Assembly (NCBI RefSeq): GCF_000372725.1
Contig: NW_005201349.1
Coordinates: 35,268-99,267, forward strand
Length of the DNA stretch: 64,000 bases
Source of the DNA: Emiliania huxleyi CCMP1516
Lineage: Eukaryota
Direction: 5' to 3'
Part shown: positions 35,556 through 46,843 of the stretch, piece by piece
Position numbering within the stretch: position 1 is the stretch's first letter
Layout: the number at the start of each line of letters is the position of its first letter
The notes under the pieces: generated by a model
Databases searched by the model: none
Told to the model about the DNA's origin: nothing
Seen by the model: only the letters and a program-made list of their open reading frames with translations
Program-made: the position numbers and the translations under genes

Positions 35556-36530
35556 TCAGCGCACCATTTGCTGCGCAGGCGGCGCCCCCCCGCCTCCCCC
35601 GCCCCCGCCGCCATTATTCTTCTGCTGCGCCTGCTTGTACTCGTGAACCGCATACTCGACGAGCATCAGTCCGGCAAGTAGCGTGGCGCGGCTCTCGTCG
35701 CTGGAGCCTGCCGGAAACCGCGTCGCCATGTTCGACCGGTCAGTCAGGCCACCGCAGTTACACCCGGGCCACACCCAAGAGGACTGACCGACCCACTCGC
35801 CGGTGCCGGCTTCGAAGACATCCACCGCATACTCCTCGTTGAGGCAGGAGGGTGCACAGCAGTTGTGGTGGTCATGTGTGCCGCAATCACTTGCGCGCAG
35901 CTTGTAGATGGGCTTGCCGTTCGCGTCAGAGGCTACGAAGCTGCGCGCGCAGCACTCGGAGCCACATGCATGGTCCACCTCGGTGGCACTGCCAAGCAGG
36001 TGGCCATTTGCGTCGACGATACGGAGATTCTGAGTGTAGAGAGAGCAGCAGGGCTGGCAATAGCAGGGGTCGCAAACAAAGGGCCGCTCGACGCGGAAGT
36101 AGGATATGCCCTGAACGTCCTTGAAGTCCATAGTGAAGCCTCGAAACATGGGGCAGCAAACGCGCTCGCAGCAGTCGCTCTCCTCCTTTGCGGTGAGCAA
36201 TGGGCTGTACGCCGCTGCCTCGCGAAATTCCTGCGCCCACCCGCTGTTTAAGCTTGCGGGCAGCGGCGTTGAGATTGGTGTGATCTGGTAGCGGTTCTTT
36301 GTCTCACAGCCGCCAATCACCTCGAGCAGCTCAATGTGTTGCCGGAGGAAAAGGCCCTGGTAGCCGGACAGCCACTCGCAGCCCCGATTCGCTGATGCCG
36401 TCGTACCTGCGGTGACTGGCTGGGCCGTGACCACTCCGGTGCCAGGCACACTGTACGGCTCTGCCGCGACGACCACGGAGTGCCCCTCGCTGAGCAGGCT
36501 GCGCCTCGGACTCGCATAGGAGGTCTCCAT
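35556..36530 (-). CDS. Phospholipid scramblase family protein
   Basis: LFLRQHIELLEVIGGCETKNRYQI, AKEESDCCERVCCPMFRGFTM, FRVERPFVC, FPAGSSDESRATLLAGLMLVEY. Confidence 0.92.
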   Translation of the reverse strand: METSYASPRRSLLSEGHSVVVAAEPYSVPGTGVVTAQPVTAGTTASANRGCEWLSGYQGLFLRQHIELLEVIGGCETKNRYQITPISTPLPASLNSGWAQEFREAAAYSPLLTAKEESDCCERVCCPMFRGFTMDFKDVQGISYFRVERPFVCDPCYCQPCCSLYTQNLRIVDANGHLLGSATEVDHACGSECCARSFVASDANGKPIYKLRASDCGTHDHHNCCAPSCLNEEYAVDVFEAGTGEWVGQSSWVWPGCNCGGLTDRSNMATRFPAGSSDESRATLLAGLMLVEYAVHEYKQAQQKNNGGGGGGGGGAPPAQQMVR

Positions 36531-38089
36531 GTGTGTACGCACGACAGCAGTGCTGAAGTGTCCCTCGCCTGAGCCTGGCCTGAGCGTGTGCTGCGCGTGC
36601 CTAGGCGCGTGCGTGCCCCGGCCGAGTATGTTCAACAGCGGACGGGCGGCCTCCGGCGATGATAATCGAGCGCCGGATGGGTTGCGGTGGTCGGGTGGTG
36701 GGTGGGTGGCTGGCGGGGTGGGGGGGCGGGGGGGGGGGGGGGGGGATTTCACGTTCTTCCTTTGTATGTATCGAAGGTGAATCACAGTCAGACAACCAGC
36801 GGCGATTTCTTCTTTCTGTGTTGTACCTGTGTTAGTGCCAGTCAGTGAAAGTGTCAGTGTGCGCGTAAGTCGTAAAATTCTTCTTTCTGCCTGTGTCTGC
36901 TTCGGACAGCGCTGTGTGTGCTCCCCTGCGCACGCACGCGCGGCGCCGTACACCCACACACCGCAGTCTGCGTGCGCCGAGGGCACAAGGGCACATCCCG
37001 GGCAAGACCGAGAGTACCGGACGGGCGGGGACGCTGACACACTGGAGCCGCACGGGGTGCCTTCATGAAGTACGCGGCAAAACGAATTGCTATTTTGTGG
37101 GTGTGGGGCGAGGAGTGGATCCAGTCGCGGCACAGCACACGATGGCTCTCGTCGGCCAAACCGGCGTCCCACACAAACGAGTCGTCCGTGGCCGCCTGGA
37201 TGGCCGCACGTGCCGCGGTGAGCTCGGCGGCGGTTTAGATCGAGGCCTACCGTTCTCTGCGATGTGAGCTTCTTGTTTCTTATCAACCTATCTGTGAACG
37301 GGGCTTCGCCCAGCACCACTCGCGCGGAAGGCTGCAGCCGAGGAGGCTGCTGCAAAGGCGGCTGCTCAGGCGGCCGCTCAGGCCGCTCAGGCGGCCGCTC
37401 TCGAACGGTACAGGTTGGTCAACGCTTGGTTCTACCCTCGCGGCGACTCTCTGGTACACCTTGTACTGGGACGGCAGCACGGCCGACATGGTCGCAAGGC
37501 GCGCTACCTACCCGACGCTCGAGCACGACAACTACGACCCCGGCCCCCTCGCGGAGCGCATCAGGCGCGACAAGCGCGAGGCGTCCCACCGCTCCTCCGA
37601 CGACTCCTCCTCCGACCAAGACACATGCGGCACCGGCTCTACTAGCGAGGCGAATGACATATTCGACACCCTCGACGACCATCTCGGCTACGGTTCCGAC
37701 GGTTCCGACGACCATCTCGGCTACGGTTCCGACTCCGGCTCCGGCTGGTAGTCGAGAAGCTGCCGAGCCCAAATCACTGTGTGTGACACATTTCTTGTTG
37801 GCTTCTAAAAATCTCTCTCTCTCTCTCCACTCGCAACAGCTCTCGCGCGCCGCCGTCTGTGGCGACGCGCAGAACATCAACAACTCTCTCAATGCCCCAC
37901 CCCCCTGCGCGCGGGCCTTCTAGGCCCGCGGGTAGTCTCCCCCCATTCCCAGGGCCTCCAGGGCTCGCACCTCAACCTCTCATAGACCAGCGCACAGCGC
38001 CATAGGAGGCATTTTCTTCTCAATAACAAGGCTGTGAACAGCGTCGAACCTCGGTGTTGCCCCCTCCGGGCCGCGACCTCTCGAACGAC

Positions 38090-39394
38090 ATGAGCCTGAA
38101 TTATCTCCTCGTCACTCTCCTCAGCACAGCGGCCCGGTCGCAGTGGAAGCTGCCGGCGATATCCGTCAGGCCCTGCAACTGCTCGGCTCGCGTCTACGTT
38201 TACGACCTTGAGCCGCCGCTGACGGACCCAGGATATGGAGAGGCGCACAACCCGTTCCATCGGCGGCCAGACACGCCCGGTCCATGGGACCCCAACGAGC
38301 AAGGAGAACATATGTATGCGCTGACGAGCATCCTCGAGTACCGCTTGCGGCGGTCGTGCTGCCGCACAACTGATCCAGAGGAAGCAGACCTGTTCTTCGC
38401 ACCCATCGCTCCACGGCCAAGAGAGAGAGCAAGTCTTTACTTCGAATTGTGCCAATCTGGAAATTTGAGCGCAAAATCGGTGCGGCTTGCGCTTCGACAC
38501 GCGCGCGAGCCATGGCGTGCTTGCCGGCACTTCTTCAGCTTGCCGCACCACTACCACTTTGAGCAGTGCGGCGGTTGGTTCGCGCACCCGAAGCCTCCAT
38601 ACGAGCTCATGATGCGTGTGGGGTATCTGCACTCCATCACCCCGTCGCTCGAACGTCGGGTGAGGGCGGAGGCGCTCAATGATCACACAGCGAAGCGGAG
38701 CCATCTGTGGAAAGATCTCTCGAAGGTGAGCAGCAACATCAGCTCGACATACCCGAACTTGATCTCCGTGCCATACCCGAGTGTGCGCTGGTCAAGCGGC
38801 CAGACGCGGGCTGGCTTCTCGCCCCCATGGGAACGCGAGCAGCACGGTCTGGATCGCCCAGTAATCTCCCCAACCATGCTATTTGTTGGCAGTGCGGCGC
38901 ACGGGGACGTTGCGGTCCGGACTCTCGTGGTAAAGCAATGCGAGGCTCACCCGCGCTGTACCGTGAGCCCGTGGCGAGGTGGCGCGTCGCTGCTCGACAA
39001 GCAGCGCGCAGTTTTTTGCCTGGAGCCCAGTGGGGACAGCCCCGACCGCAAGTCTGTCAGTGATGACGTGGCAATGGGCTGCATTCCCGTCTTTTTCTCC
39101 GCGATTTCGAGCGGCCTTGCGCCCTGGTTTTGGGCGGCGGCAGGCTCCGCTGGAGGGGGCTATGTGCTCATCGAGCGCGAGCCCTTCTTGGTTGGAAACG
39201 TGACTCTCGAGAGCGAGCTCGGCCGCATGCCTTCTGCTCGCGTCGCGGCCCTTGGCCATGCCGTGACCCGCGTCGCCCATGGGTTCCAGTACTCAATCGA
39301 TGATGACCCCGGAGATGCAGTGGACGTGCTGCTTACAGGACTCCACAAGATGGCCGACGCACAGTGCCCGCACCACACGCATCAGCAGCCATAA
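38090..39394 (+). CDS. Exostosin-family (GT47) glycosyltransferase
   Basis: N-terminal hydrophobic anchor; RVYVYDL, RTTDPEEADLFFAP, FCLEPSGDSPDRKSVSDDVAMGCIPVFF. Confidence 0.92.
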   Translation: MSLNYLLVTLLSTAARSQWKLPAISVRPCNCSARVYVYDLEPPLTDPGYGEAHNPFHRRPDTPGPWDPNEQGEHMYALTSILEYRLRRSCCRTTDPEEADLFFAPIAPRPRERASLYFELCQSGNLSAKSVRLALRHAREPWRACRHFFSLPHHYHFEQCGGWFAHPKPPYELMMRVGYLHSITPSLERRVRAEALNDHTAKRSHLWKDLSKVSSNISSTYPNLISVPYPSVRWSSGQTRAGFSPPWEREQHGLDRPVISPTMLFVGSAAHGDVAVRTLVVKQCEAHPRCTVSPWRGGASLLDKQRAVFCLEPSGDSPDRKSVSDDVAMGCIPVFFSAISSGLAPWFWAAAGSAGGGYVLIEREPFLVGNVTLESELGRMPSARVAALGHAVTRVAHGFQYSIDDDPGDAVDVLLTGLHKMADAQCPHHTHQQP

Positions 39395-40669
39395 CGAACG
39401 AACGACTCTGACTCTCAAAAACGAAAGGTAAGCCCGTCGCGGCGGCAAGCGCACCTGGGCCCGCAGGCCGTCGGCGCGGGGGGCGGGTCCTTTGCCTAGG
39501 TTCGCCCAGCAGAGACCTGCGGTACGTGCTCGCGCAGTGCATCGCGCGGAGGGAGGGGGCGTGGAGCGTGAGCAGTGGCTCTCAGGTTCCTGCCCCGACT
39601 GCCCCGACCGCAATCGGTTGTTTGGGGGGGCCATCAACTTGATGAGGGCGGACCACACATAGTGGGGCGGGTCCAGAGAGGGGAAATAGAGAAAGCCCTG
39701 AGTCGCCCGTGCTCGTGTCGCCTGTGTGCGAGAAAGTGGGGAGTGAGTCGGAGCGGCCCGAGAAGGTCTGCCCAAACCAAAGCACCACCTGGGAACGCTC
39801 TCACAAGACATTCCGCCCACTTACCACGGTCGGCTCCACGGCGGCGGAGGTCTGGAGGTCTCAACGCGAGGGGCCTGGAGCGCGCACGCACCTCAGCCAC
39901 GTCACGCGCGACGCTACCAGCGGCGACGGAGGCCGCCCATCCAGTCGCCCATCGATGTTGAGCCGTGCACACTCGCAGAGGCCATGCCGGGCAGCAGCCA
40001 CTCGACCAGATGCGGCAGGTCGGGCTTGTCCTGGCGGTACGGGAGCACGCCGGAGTACAGCTCAACGACCTCGGGAACGGGGAGGACGCACAAAAACGAC
40101 AAAATTCCGGATGGACCGGAGAGTGTCTACTCTTTCGAGGCCTCGTGCTCGGCCCGGCCGAAAAGCTGGCTGGTGGTCGCGCGCGGCGCGTCGGCGCGGC
40201 TTCGACTGGTCGGGCACCTCGGCTGGGTCCATCAGTTTACCGCCGCGGCCGACCCTCACACCACCGGCCTCGAGGTTGTGCGCCGATTCTTCCACTCGCT
40301 CTGCGCTGCGGTGGCGTGGAAGAGCCGCAAGCCGGTGAACTCCGTCAGCGGTGGGGCAACAACGAGCTGGCCGGCTGCGGTATAAGGAATAAGCCCGGCG
40401 AGCGCTTCACGAACCCGATCGTCTAGCGTACGCTCGAGGCGGTTGTGTTCACCGCGCCTTCGAGCCCGGTTGGCAGTAGGAGGGCCCGCCGGTGAGACCA
40501 CTGATTTTGGTGTCGACCATAAATTCTCGCCACTGGAACACATGCTACTTACAGCTGCTGTCCGTACAGAGATGCCAGCACCCCCCACAGGCAGAGCGCT
40601 CCTGCTGGGGGGGGGGTCCGGCATGGCTTTAGATGTGAAGGGGGGGTACCGAGCAGGGTGTCGCCGCTC

Positions 40670-40837
40670 CCGGACAGCCACATCGCAGCCCCGATTCGCT
40701 GATGCCGTCCTACCTGCTAGAACTGGCTCGGCCGTGACCACTCCGGTGCCAGGCACTCTGTACGGCTCTGCCGCGACGACCACGGAGTGGCCCTCGCTGA
40801 GCAGGCTGCGCCTCGGACTCGCATAGGAGGTCTCCAT
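40670..40837 (-). pseudogene. Duplicated 5' fragment of the scramblase gene (part of duplication 36364-37000 to 40670-41600)
   Basis: METSYASPRRSLLSEGHSVVVAAEPY...SANRGC, after which homology stops. Confidence 0.85.
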
Positions 40838-41650
40838 GTGTGTACGCACGACAGCAGTGCTGAAGAGTCCCTCGGCTGAGCCTGGGCTGAGCGTGTGCTG
40901 CGCGTGCCTAGGCGCGTGCGTGCCCCGGCCGAGTATGTTCAACAGCGGAAGGGCGGCCTCCGGCGATGATAATCGAGCGCCGGATGGGTTGCGGTGGTCG
41001 GGTGNNNNNNNNNNNNNNNNNNNNNNNNNNNNNNNNNNNNNNNNNNNNNNNNNNNNNNNNNNNNNNNNNNNNNNNNNNNNNNNNNNNNNNNNNNNNNNNN
41101 NNNNNNNNNNNNNNNNNNNNNNNNNNNNNNNNNNNNNNNNNNNNNNNNNNNNNNNNNNNNNNNNNNNNNNNNNNNNNNNNNNNNNNNNNNNNNNNNNNNN
41201 NNNNNNNNNNNNNNNNNNNNNNNNNNNNNNNNNNNNNNNNNNNNNNNNNNNNNNNNNNNNNNNNNNNNNNNNNNNNNNNNNNNNNNNNNNNNNNNNNNNN
41301 NNNNNNNNNNNNNNNNNNNNNNNNNNNGGGGGGGGGGGGGGGGGGATTTCACGTTCTTCCTTTGTATGTATCGAAGGTGAATCACAGTCAGACAACCAGC
41401 GGCGATTTCTTCTTTCTGTGTTGTACCTGTGTTAGTGCCAGTCAGTGAAAGTGTCAGTGTGCGCGTTTGTCGTAAAATTCTTCTTTCTGCCTGTGTCTGC
41501 TTCGGACAGCGCTGTGTGTGCTCCCCTGCGCACGCACGCGCGGCGCCGTACACCCACACACCGCAGTCTGCGTGCGCCGAGGGCACAAGGGCACATCCCG
41601 CCTCACGCGCGGGCCGCTCCCTTCGCAGGACCCTCCCGCATCGCTGCAAA

Positions 41651-42731
41651 ATGCCCGGCACCATCGACGCGCTCTGCCCAGCGACCGCGCCCTTCTTTGG
41701 CTTCATGGGCGCCGCCGTGGCGCTCATCTTTGCGAGTGCGTCGCCTCCCACCCAGCCGGCCGCCCTCGCGCGTGCTCCCGCGTCGCACCAGCGCACGGGG
41801 GGGGGATGCTCCAGCGGCCTGTGGATTTTGCGCACCCGCGCTGGATTCTCAGCAAAGTTGTGCCCCGCGCGCGTGACCGATGCGCGAGCGTGGGCCTGGC
41901 CGCGCTGCGGCGCCGCTGCCCCTCGCCTCTTGCCGCACGACCGACCGAGCCTCCCGCCACACAAGCCGACGGTCCCCTCCCATGCGCGCCGCAGACCTGG
42001 GCGCCGCGTACGGCACTGCAAAGTCTGGCGTTGGGGTGTCGTCGATGGGCGTGATGAAGCCGGACCTGATCATGAAGTCCATCATCCCCGTGGTCATGGC
42101 GGGCGTGCTCGGCATCTACGGCCTCATCATCGCAGTCATCATTGCCAACGGAGGTGCACGCGCGGCCTCTCCCGCGCCTGCCGACTGCGCCGCCACAGCC
42201 GTTGGCCGCCCTCCCAACCCCCTCCTCCGACCGACCGCAGTCATGCCGCCGACGAGCGAGGGTACGACAAAGTACTCCTCCTTCACCGGCTTCGCGCACC
42301 TCGCGGCGGGCCTTGCGTGCGGGCTAAGGTGTGTGCCGCCCCAACCCCCTCCCTCCATCCCTCCTCTCCACCTCTCCGGATGGAAGCCTCCCCCCCCCCC
42401 CCCCTCCCCCCCCCCTCGCAGCGGCCTCGCCGCGGGCATCGCGATTGGCATCGTCGGCGACGCGGGCGTACGCGCCAACGCGCAGCAGGCCAAGCTCTAC
42501 GTCGGCATGGTGCTGATTCTCATCTTCGCAGAGGCGCGCGCACATCCCCGCTCCGCCCGCTGTGGCCGACTCCGCGGCCCCATCGCCTCCCGCCGCGCAG
42601 CGCCGCTCGGCCCGCGCGTGCGCACGTGCTGACGACGCGCGCCCGCGCGCATCCGCCCCTAGGCGCTCGGTCTCTATGGCCTCATCGTCGGCCTCATCCT
42701 GACCTCCAAGTCCCACGTGTGCGGCGACTGA
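41651..42731 (+). CDS. VHA-c: V-type H+-ATPase proteolipid subunit c (16 kDa); exons 41651-41735, 41995-42153, 42241-42328, 42422-42533, 42663-42731
   Basis: [91 protein letters not shown]; proton-carrying Glu present; last intron GC-AG. Confidence 0.97.
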
Positions 42732-43689
42732 GCTCCGCGTCGACGCTCCGCCCCCTCCCCGAGAGGGGGGGGATCGAGGCGCGGCATCACACGAAGCCTG
42801 GGAGGCACGCTCCCGAGAGTGGCCTTACGTCTGTAGCGGGCTCGAGTGGGGTAGATTGGGTCGCGCCCCATGCGCGCTCGCGGTTTGCGGGTTGGGTGTT
42901 GCGCCGCACGATCGTGTCTGCTGTCTCGTCTTGTCACGATTTCCTTTTCACCCATTTGTGGTATATTCCGGTCCCGCGGGGTCGGGGGCCGCCACCGCGC
43001 ACAGCGACGTGCACCGAGAGTGGAGAGAGGCGCGGCCTGGCGCGATGTCGCGGAAGCGCCCCGCCCCCGCCGCCGGACAGGGAGTCGGCCGGCGCGAGCG
43101 ACGGCCGCCGAGCTTTAGGTCGCCGACATACAGCGAATATTGTGCACCGAACGCTAATGAGGGGGGGTCCGACCCCCCACGACGTTATCATGCTCCCCAC
43201 CGCGGGGGGAGCAAGAGATGATCTCGAAGAGGGAACGCGAACCTTCCTCGAGCTTTGAGGGGAGCGAGGAGGATCAGAGGGAGCGAAGGAGAACCTTCGA
43301 TATTGAGCTGATATTGTGGGGAACCAATTCTGACCACTCGGGTTACAGATCCCCCCCCGAGTCTGTAACGACTCGAGAGATTACGAAACTTGAGATCCTC
43401 GTGGTAGCTGCAGAGCGTTCCTCTGTGCTTGTGCTAGCTCGTGCGCTGCAGTCTCTCGCTGTCCGTCGGCTTGTTTGTATCCCACCCACCCACCCTGGGG
43501 TCGTGGTGCCTTCCTCCTGTCACGCCGCTGGCCTGACAGTCGATCAGGCACTTCGTTCTGGGAGTGTTCTACCCCCTTTGCTATACTTCAAAAGGTCTAG
43601 TACATGTTCATGAGAAGGGCACAGACAGCGGTCGCCGTCCTAGTGTGCGGAGTGGGGCGGAGTGCGGAGAGGAGACCGGAGACCGGAGA

Positions 43690-44182
43690 TAAAATAAATA
43701 AAAACGGACACCTCTACTGTGAGATGGGTAAAAAGGAACAGGTCCCCGCCCGTGCGATCTTTGTGCAGGGTTCTTTGTGGGTGTGGCCGGCGACTAGCCG
43801 GGGTCGTCTCCTCCACCACGATAGGGGACTTATGTAGCACTAGCCGTCTTCCACATGGTCCCTCGGGTCCCTGCTGCTCCTAATCTCGTCGTACATCCTC
43901 CTGCTGATCTCCGCAAAGTCCTGCTCCCTCCCTCGTCTCGCCCTGCGCGTCTGCTCCGCCTCCACATCGTCTGCCCTGCGTCGTCTGGTGACGGGTCCTC
44001 CATAGTCGGTTGAGGTCGCCGCCCTCCCTCGTGCCTCTTCCCAACGTTCCCTCGGCGGCCGATGCCGTCTGCTCCGGCTCCGCCGTCCCCGGGTCTGCCC
44101 TGCTCTCGTCCGCGCTAGCTTCTGTTTCGTCATCACTGGTGTTTCTCCTCTTCTTTCTCCTCTTCTTGTATGCTTTGTACAT
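43690..44182 (-). mobile_element. Second, shorter copy of the (TTTA)-tailed retroposon at 28637-29667
   Basis: Direct repeat of about 28637-29127 with scattered substitutions. Confidence 0.85.
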
Positions 44183-44560
44183 TCCGCGCGTTGATATTTT
44201 CCTAGATATTTTCCGACCCGCCGCTTTCCCTTCGGAGAGACCGCGGAGGCGGGGAGGCGGTCGCTTCTTTCTCCATAGAATCATAGTGAATCTATGCCAT
44301 AGTCTTTTGTGAGTCTCTGGAGACGAATATCACATCCGCCATCCCCTCGCGCAAAGACCAAAGTCCGCAAGCGCGCTCAAGGCACAAGGGCACGGCACGC
44401 CGCGAGACCGCGGGCGGACCGGCGGACCCACGGCTCACCCGAGTGTGGGCGCCGCGGGGACGACGGAAGGTCCGCGCGCACATGGAATATTGGTGGCCAC
44501 ACACAGCCACGTGCATCTCCGCACCCGGCACACGCCGCAAGGCGCACGCCGTACTCCTAC

Positions 44561-46296
44561 CTAAGCCTTAGCAGCCTTTGCCTTCTTCGCCTTGGCGGCG
44601 GGCTTCACCTCGCCCTTGCCGACCGCCGGCGCCGCGGCCGGCGCCGCCGGCGCCGCCGCGTACGGCACCGACGAGTGGTGGAGGTAGATGCGCACCTTGC
44701 CGTCGCCGCACCGCTTGTAGCCAAAGGTGTACTCGACGCGCACCTTGTCGCCCGAGGTGGCGTCGACGAAGACGTAGTCGCCCATCGCGTGCGCCACCTC
44801 GCCGTAGCACTTGATCTGGTGGTTGCGGAACGTCACGTCCTTCCAGCCGCGGCCGCCGTTGATCGCGAAGCCGGCGTCCTCGCCCTTGAAGGCGTCATTC
44901 TTCATCGCCTCGGCGCCGACAAAGTACGACATCGCCTCCTCCGCCGTCGGGCGGAAGGGGTGCTCCGTCGCCTTGGTCGGCTTGAAGAGCACGTCGGTGT
45001 GGCCGTAGCCGTACAGCTGGCCCGCCGCCTCGCCCGCCGCCGCGACGTAGTCGCCCTTCTCGGCGTACACCTTGGAGATGGAGGCGATCGAGTCCGCCCA
45101 CAGCTTCTGCGCCGCCAGCACCTCCGCCTCCGTCACCGCCGCCGGGCCCGCCGCCGGGCCCGCCGCGTACGGCACCGACGAGTGGTGCAAGAAGATGCGG
45201 CACTTGCCGTCCTCATTCTGGCGGCCATCGGGGCGGGTGGTCATGGCGGGTGGGGACGGCGGAAGCAGGGGCGGCGGTGGCAGAGAGGGTGGTGCCGGCG
45301 GTGGCGGACTCAGTGGTGGCGGTGGGCAGGGCGGCGAAGGGCTGGGCGGCGGCGGGCTGAGTGGTGGCGGGCTGGGTGGTGGCGGGGAGGGCGGAGGCGG
45401 CGAGGTGACTTGCAGAGGCGTGCAGAGCCCTGACAGGGTGCTCGGTGCACACGCACCACACACCTTGCGGTAGCCAAAGGTGTACTCGACGCGCACCTCG
45501 TCGCCCGAGGTGGCGTCGACGAAGACGTAGTCGCCCATCGCGATGGCCGAGTCGCCCAGGAGCTCGACCTGGCGCAGGGGAAGGGGTTTCCTCGCTGCGC
45601 CGGCGCGGAGCAGGGTGGAGCAGGGGCGGAGCAAGGCGGAGCAGGGGCACGGGCAAAAAAGCTCCCGAACCGGGCGCCACCAGCCCGGCTGCCGCGCTCT
45701 CCCGACGCGGCCTCGGCCGGATCCCAGGCGTGGCGTCTGCTCACCTGGTGGTTGCGGAAGGTGACGTCCTTCCAGCCGCGGCCGCCGTTGATCGCAAAGC
45801 CGGCGTCCTCGCCCTTGAAGGCGTCGTTCTTCATCGCCTCGGCGCCGACAAAGTACGACATCGCCTCCTCCGCCGTCGGGCGGAAGGGGTGCTCCGTCGC
45901 CTTGGTCGGCTTGAAGAGCACGTTCGTCTTGCCATAGCCGTACAGCTCGCCCGCCGCGGTGGCCGCCATGTCGACAAAATCGCCACCCTCGGCGTGCACC
46001 GCCGAGATGGTTTTGATGGCGCTCGCCCAGTTGGCCTGCGCCGTGTGCACTTCATCTATGCTGATGGCGTCGCTGGAGGCGTCGAACCGGCCAAAGGAGA
46101 GCCGGTCAAGCGGAGTGGGCTCAGGCTCGACCAGCTCAGCGGCTGGGTCGGATGAATCGTATCCCCAGTAGAAGCCAGCCGGTGCCGCGTTCTCCACAGC
46201 GACAGCCGCACGCACGAAGGCGCGGGAAGGGGCGGTGGCGTACCGCGCTGGGCCGGCCACCAGGCCGGCGGCGGAGATGCAGGAGAGGGACAGCAT
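44561..46296 (-). CDS. Iota-class carbonic anhydrase (COG4337-type), two tandem domains, putative plastid-targeting presequence; introns 45569-45744 and 45218-45463
   Basis: Twice: AQxxWAxxIxxIS..LYGYG..VLFKPTKA..FRPT..SYFVG..EDAGFAINGGRGW..AMGDYVF..VEYTFGY..IxLHHSSVPY. Confidence 0.92.
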
Positions 46297-46843
46297 CGCC
46301 TGCCGAGCTCTGGCGAAGGCTGTCGACGCGGAAAAATTGCCCACGAAGGGGAAAGCGCGTCCCGTTTTCATGTTTAGGTATGTCCCGTTTTCATCTTTGC
46401 AAAAACGCCCGCGCCGCGAGCTGCGCGCGCCGGGGCTCTGTCTCACTCACGTGCCGCAATATGTGTCACACACGGCGGCTTCTGCCACCTCTCGATCGGT
46501 TCCACTTCGCAGCACACCCAAGGGGCGCTTCGCGCTTGGGTGGGAGCGGGGGGGGGCGTGGGCGCGGGCGGGGGGCGCAGCGCGCGGCGCGCGCGTGCGC
46601 GCAACCGAGGGTAGGGGTGGGGAAGACGGCGAGGAGGGGGCGGCGGCGGCGGCGGCGGCAGCGCGCGCGCGGCGCGCGCGACGGAGGGGAATAGTTGGAG
46701 CGCGTCCCGTTTTCACATGTTTATCCGGCCCTCATAACCCTACGGCGTCCCCTAAGCGCGGTTTGGTGTCGCCGACGCGATCCACAGCTGCATTGGATAT
46801 GATCAGGTCGCGCTAGTGCCGCGCACCAACCTCGTGTTACGTG

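Noticed and set aside
37141..37751. Small spliced gene ending DDHLGYGSDSGSGW
   Set aside because: Plausible but has no recognisable homology or secure exon structure.
41429..43258. 609-aa ORF
   Set aside because: Read-through of V-ATPase c exons and introns; the spliced model explains the region.
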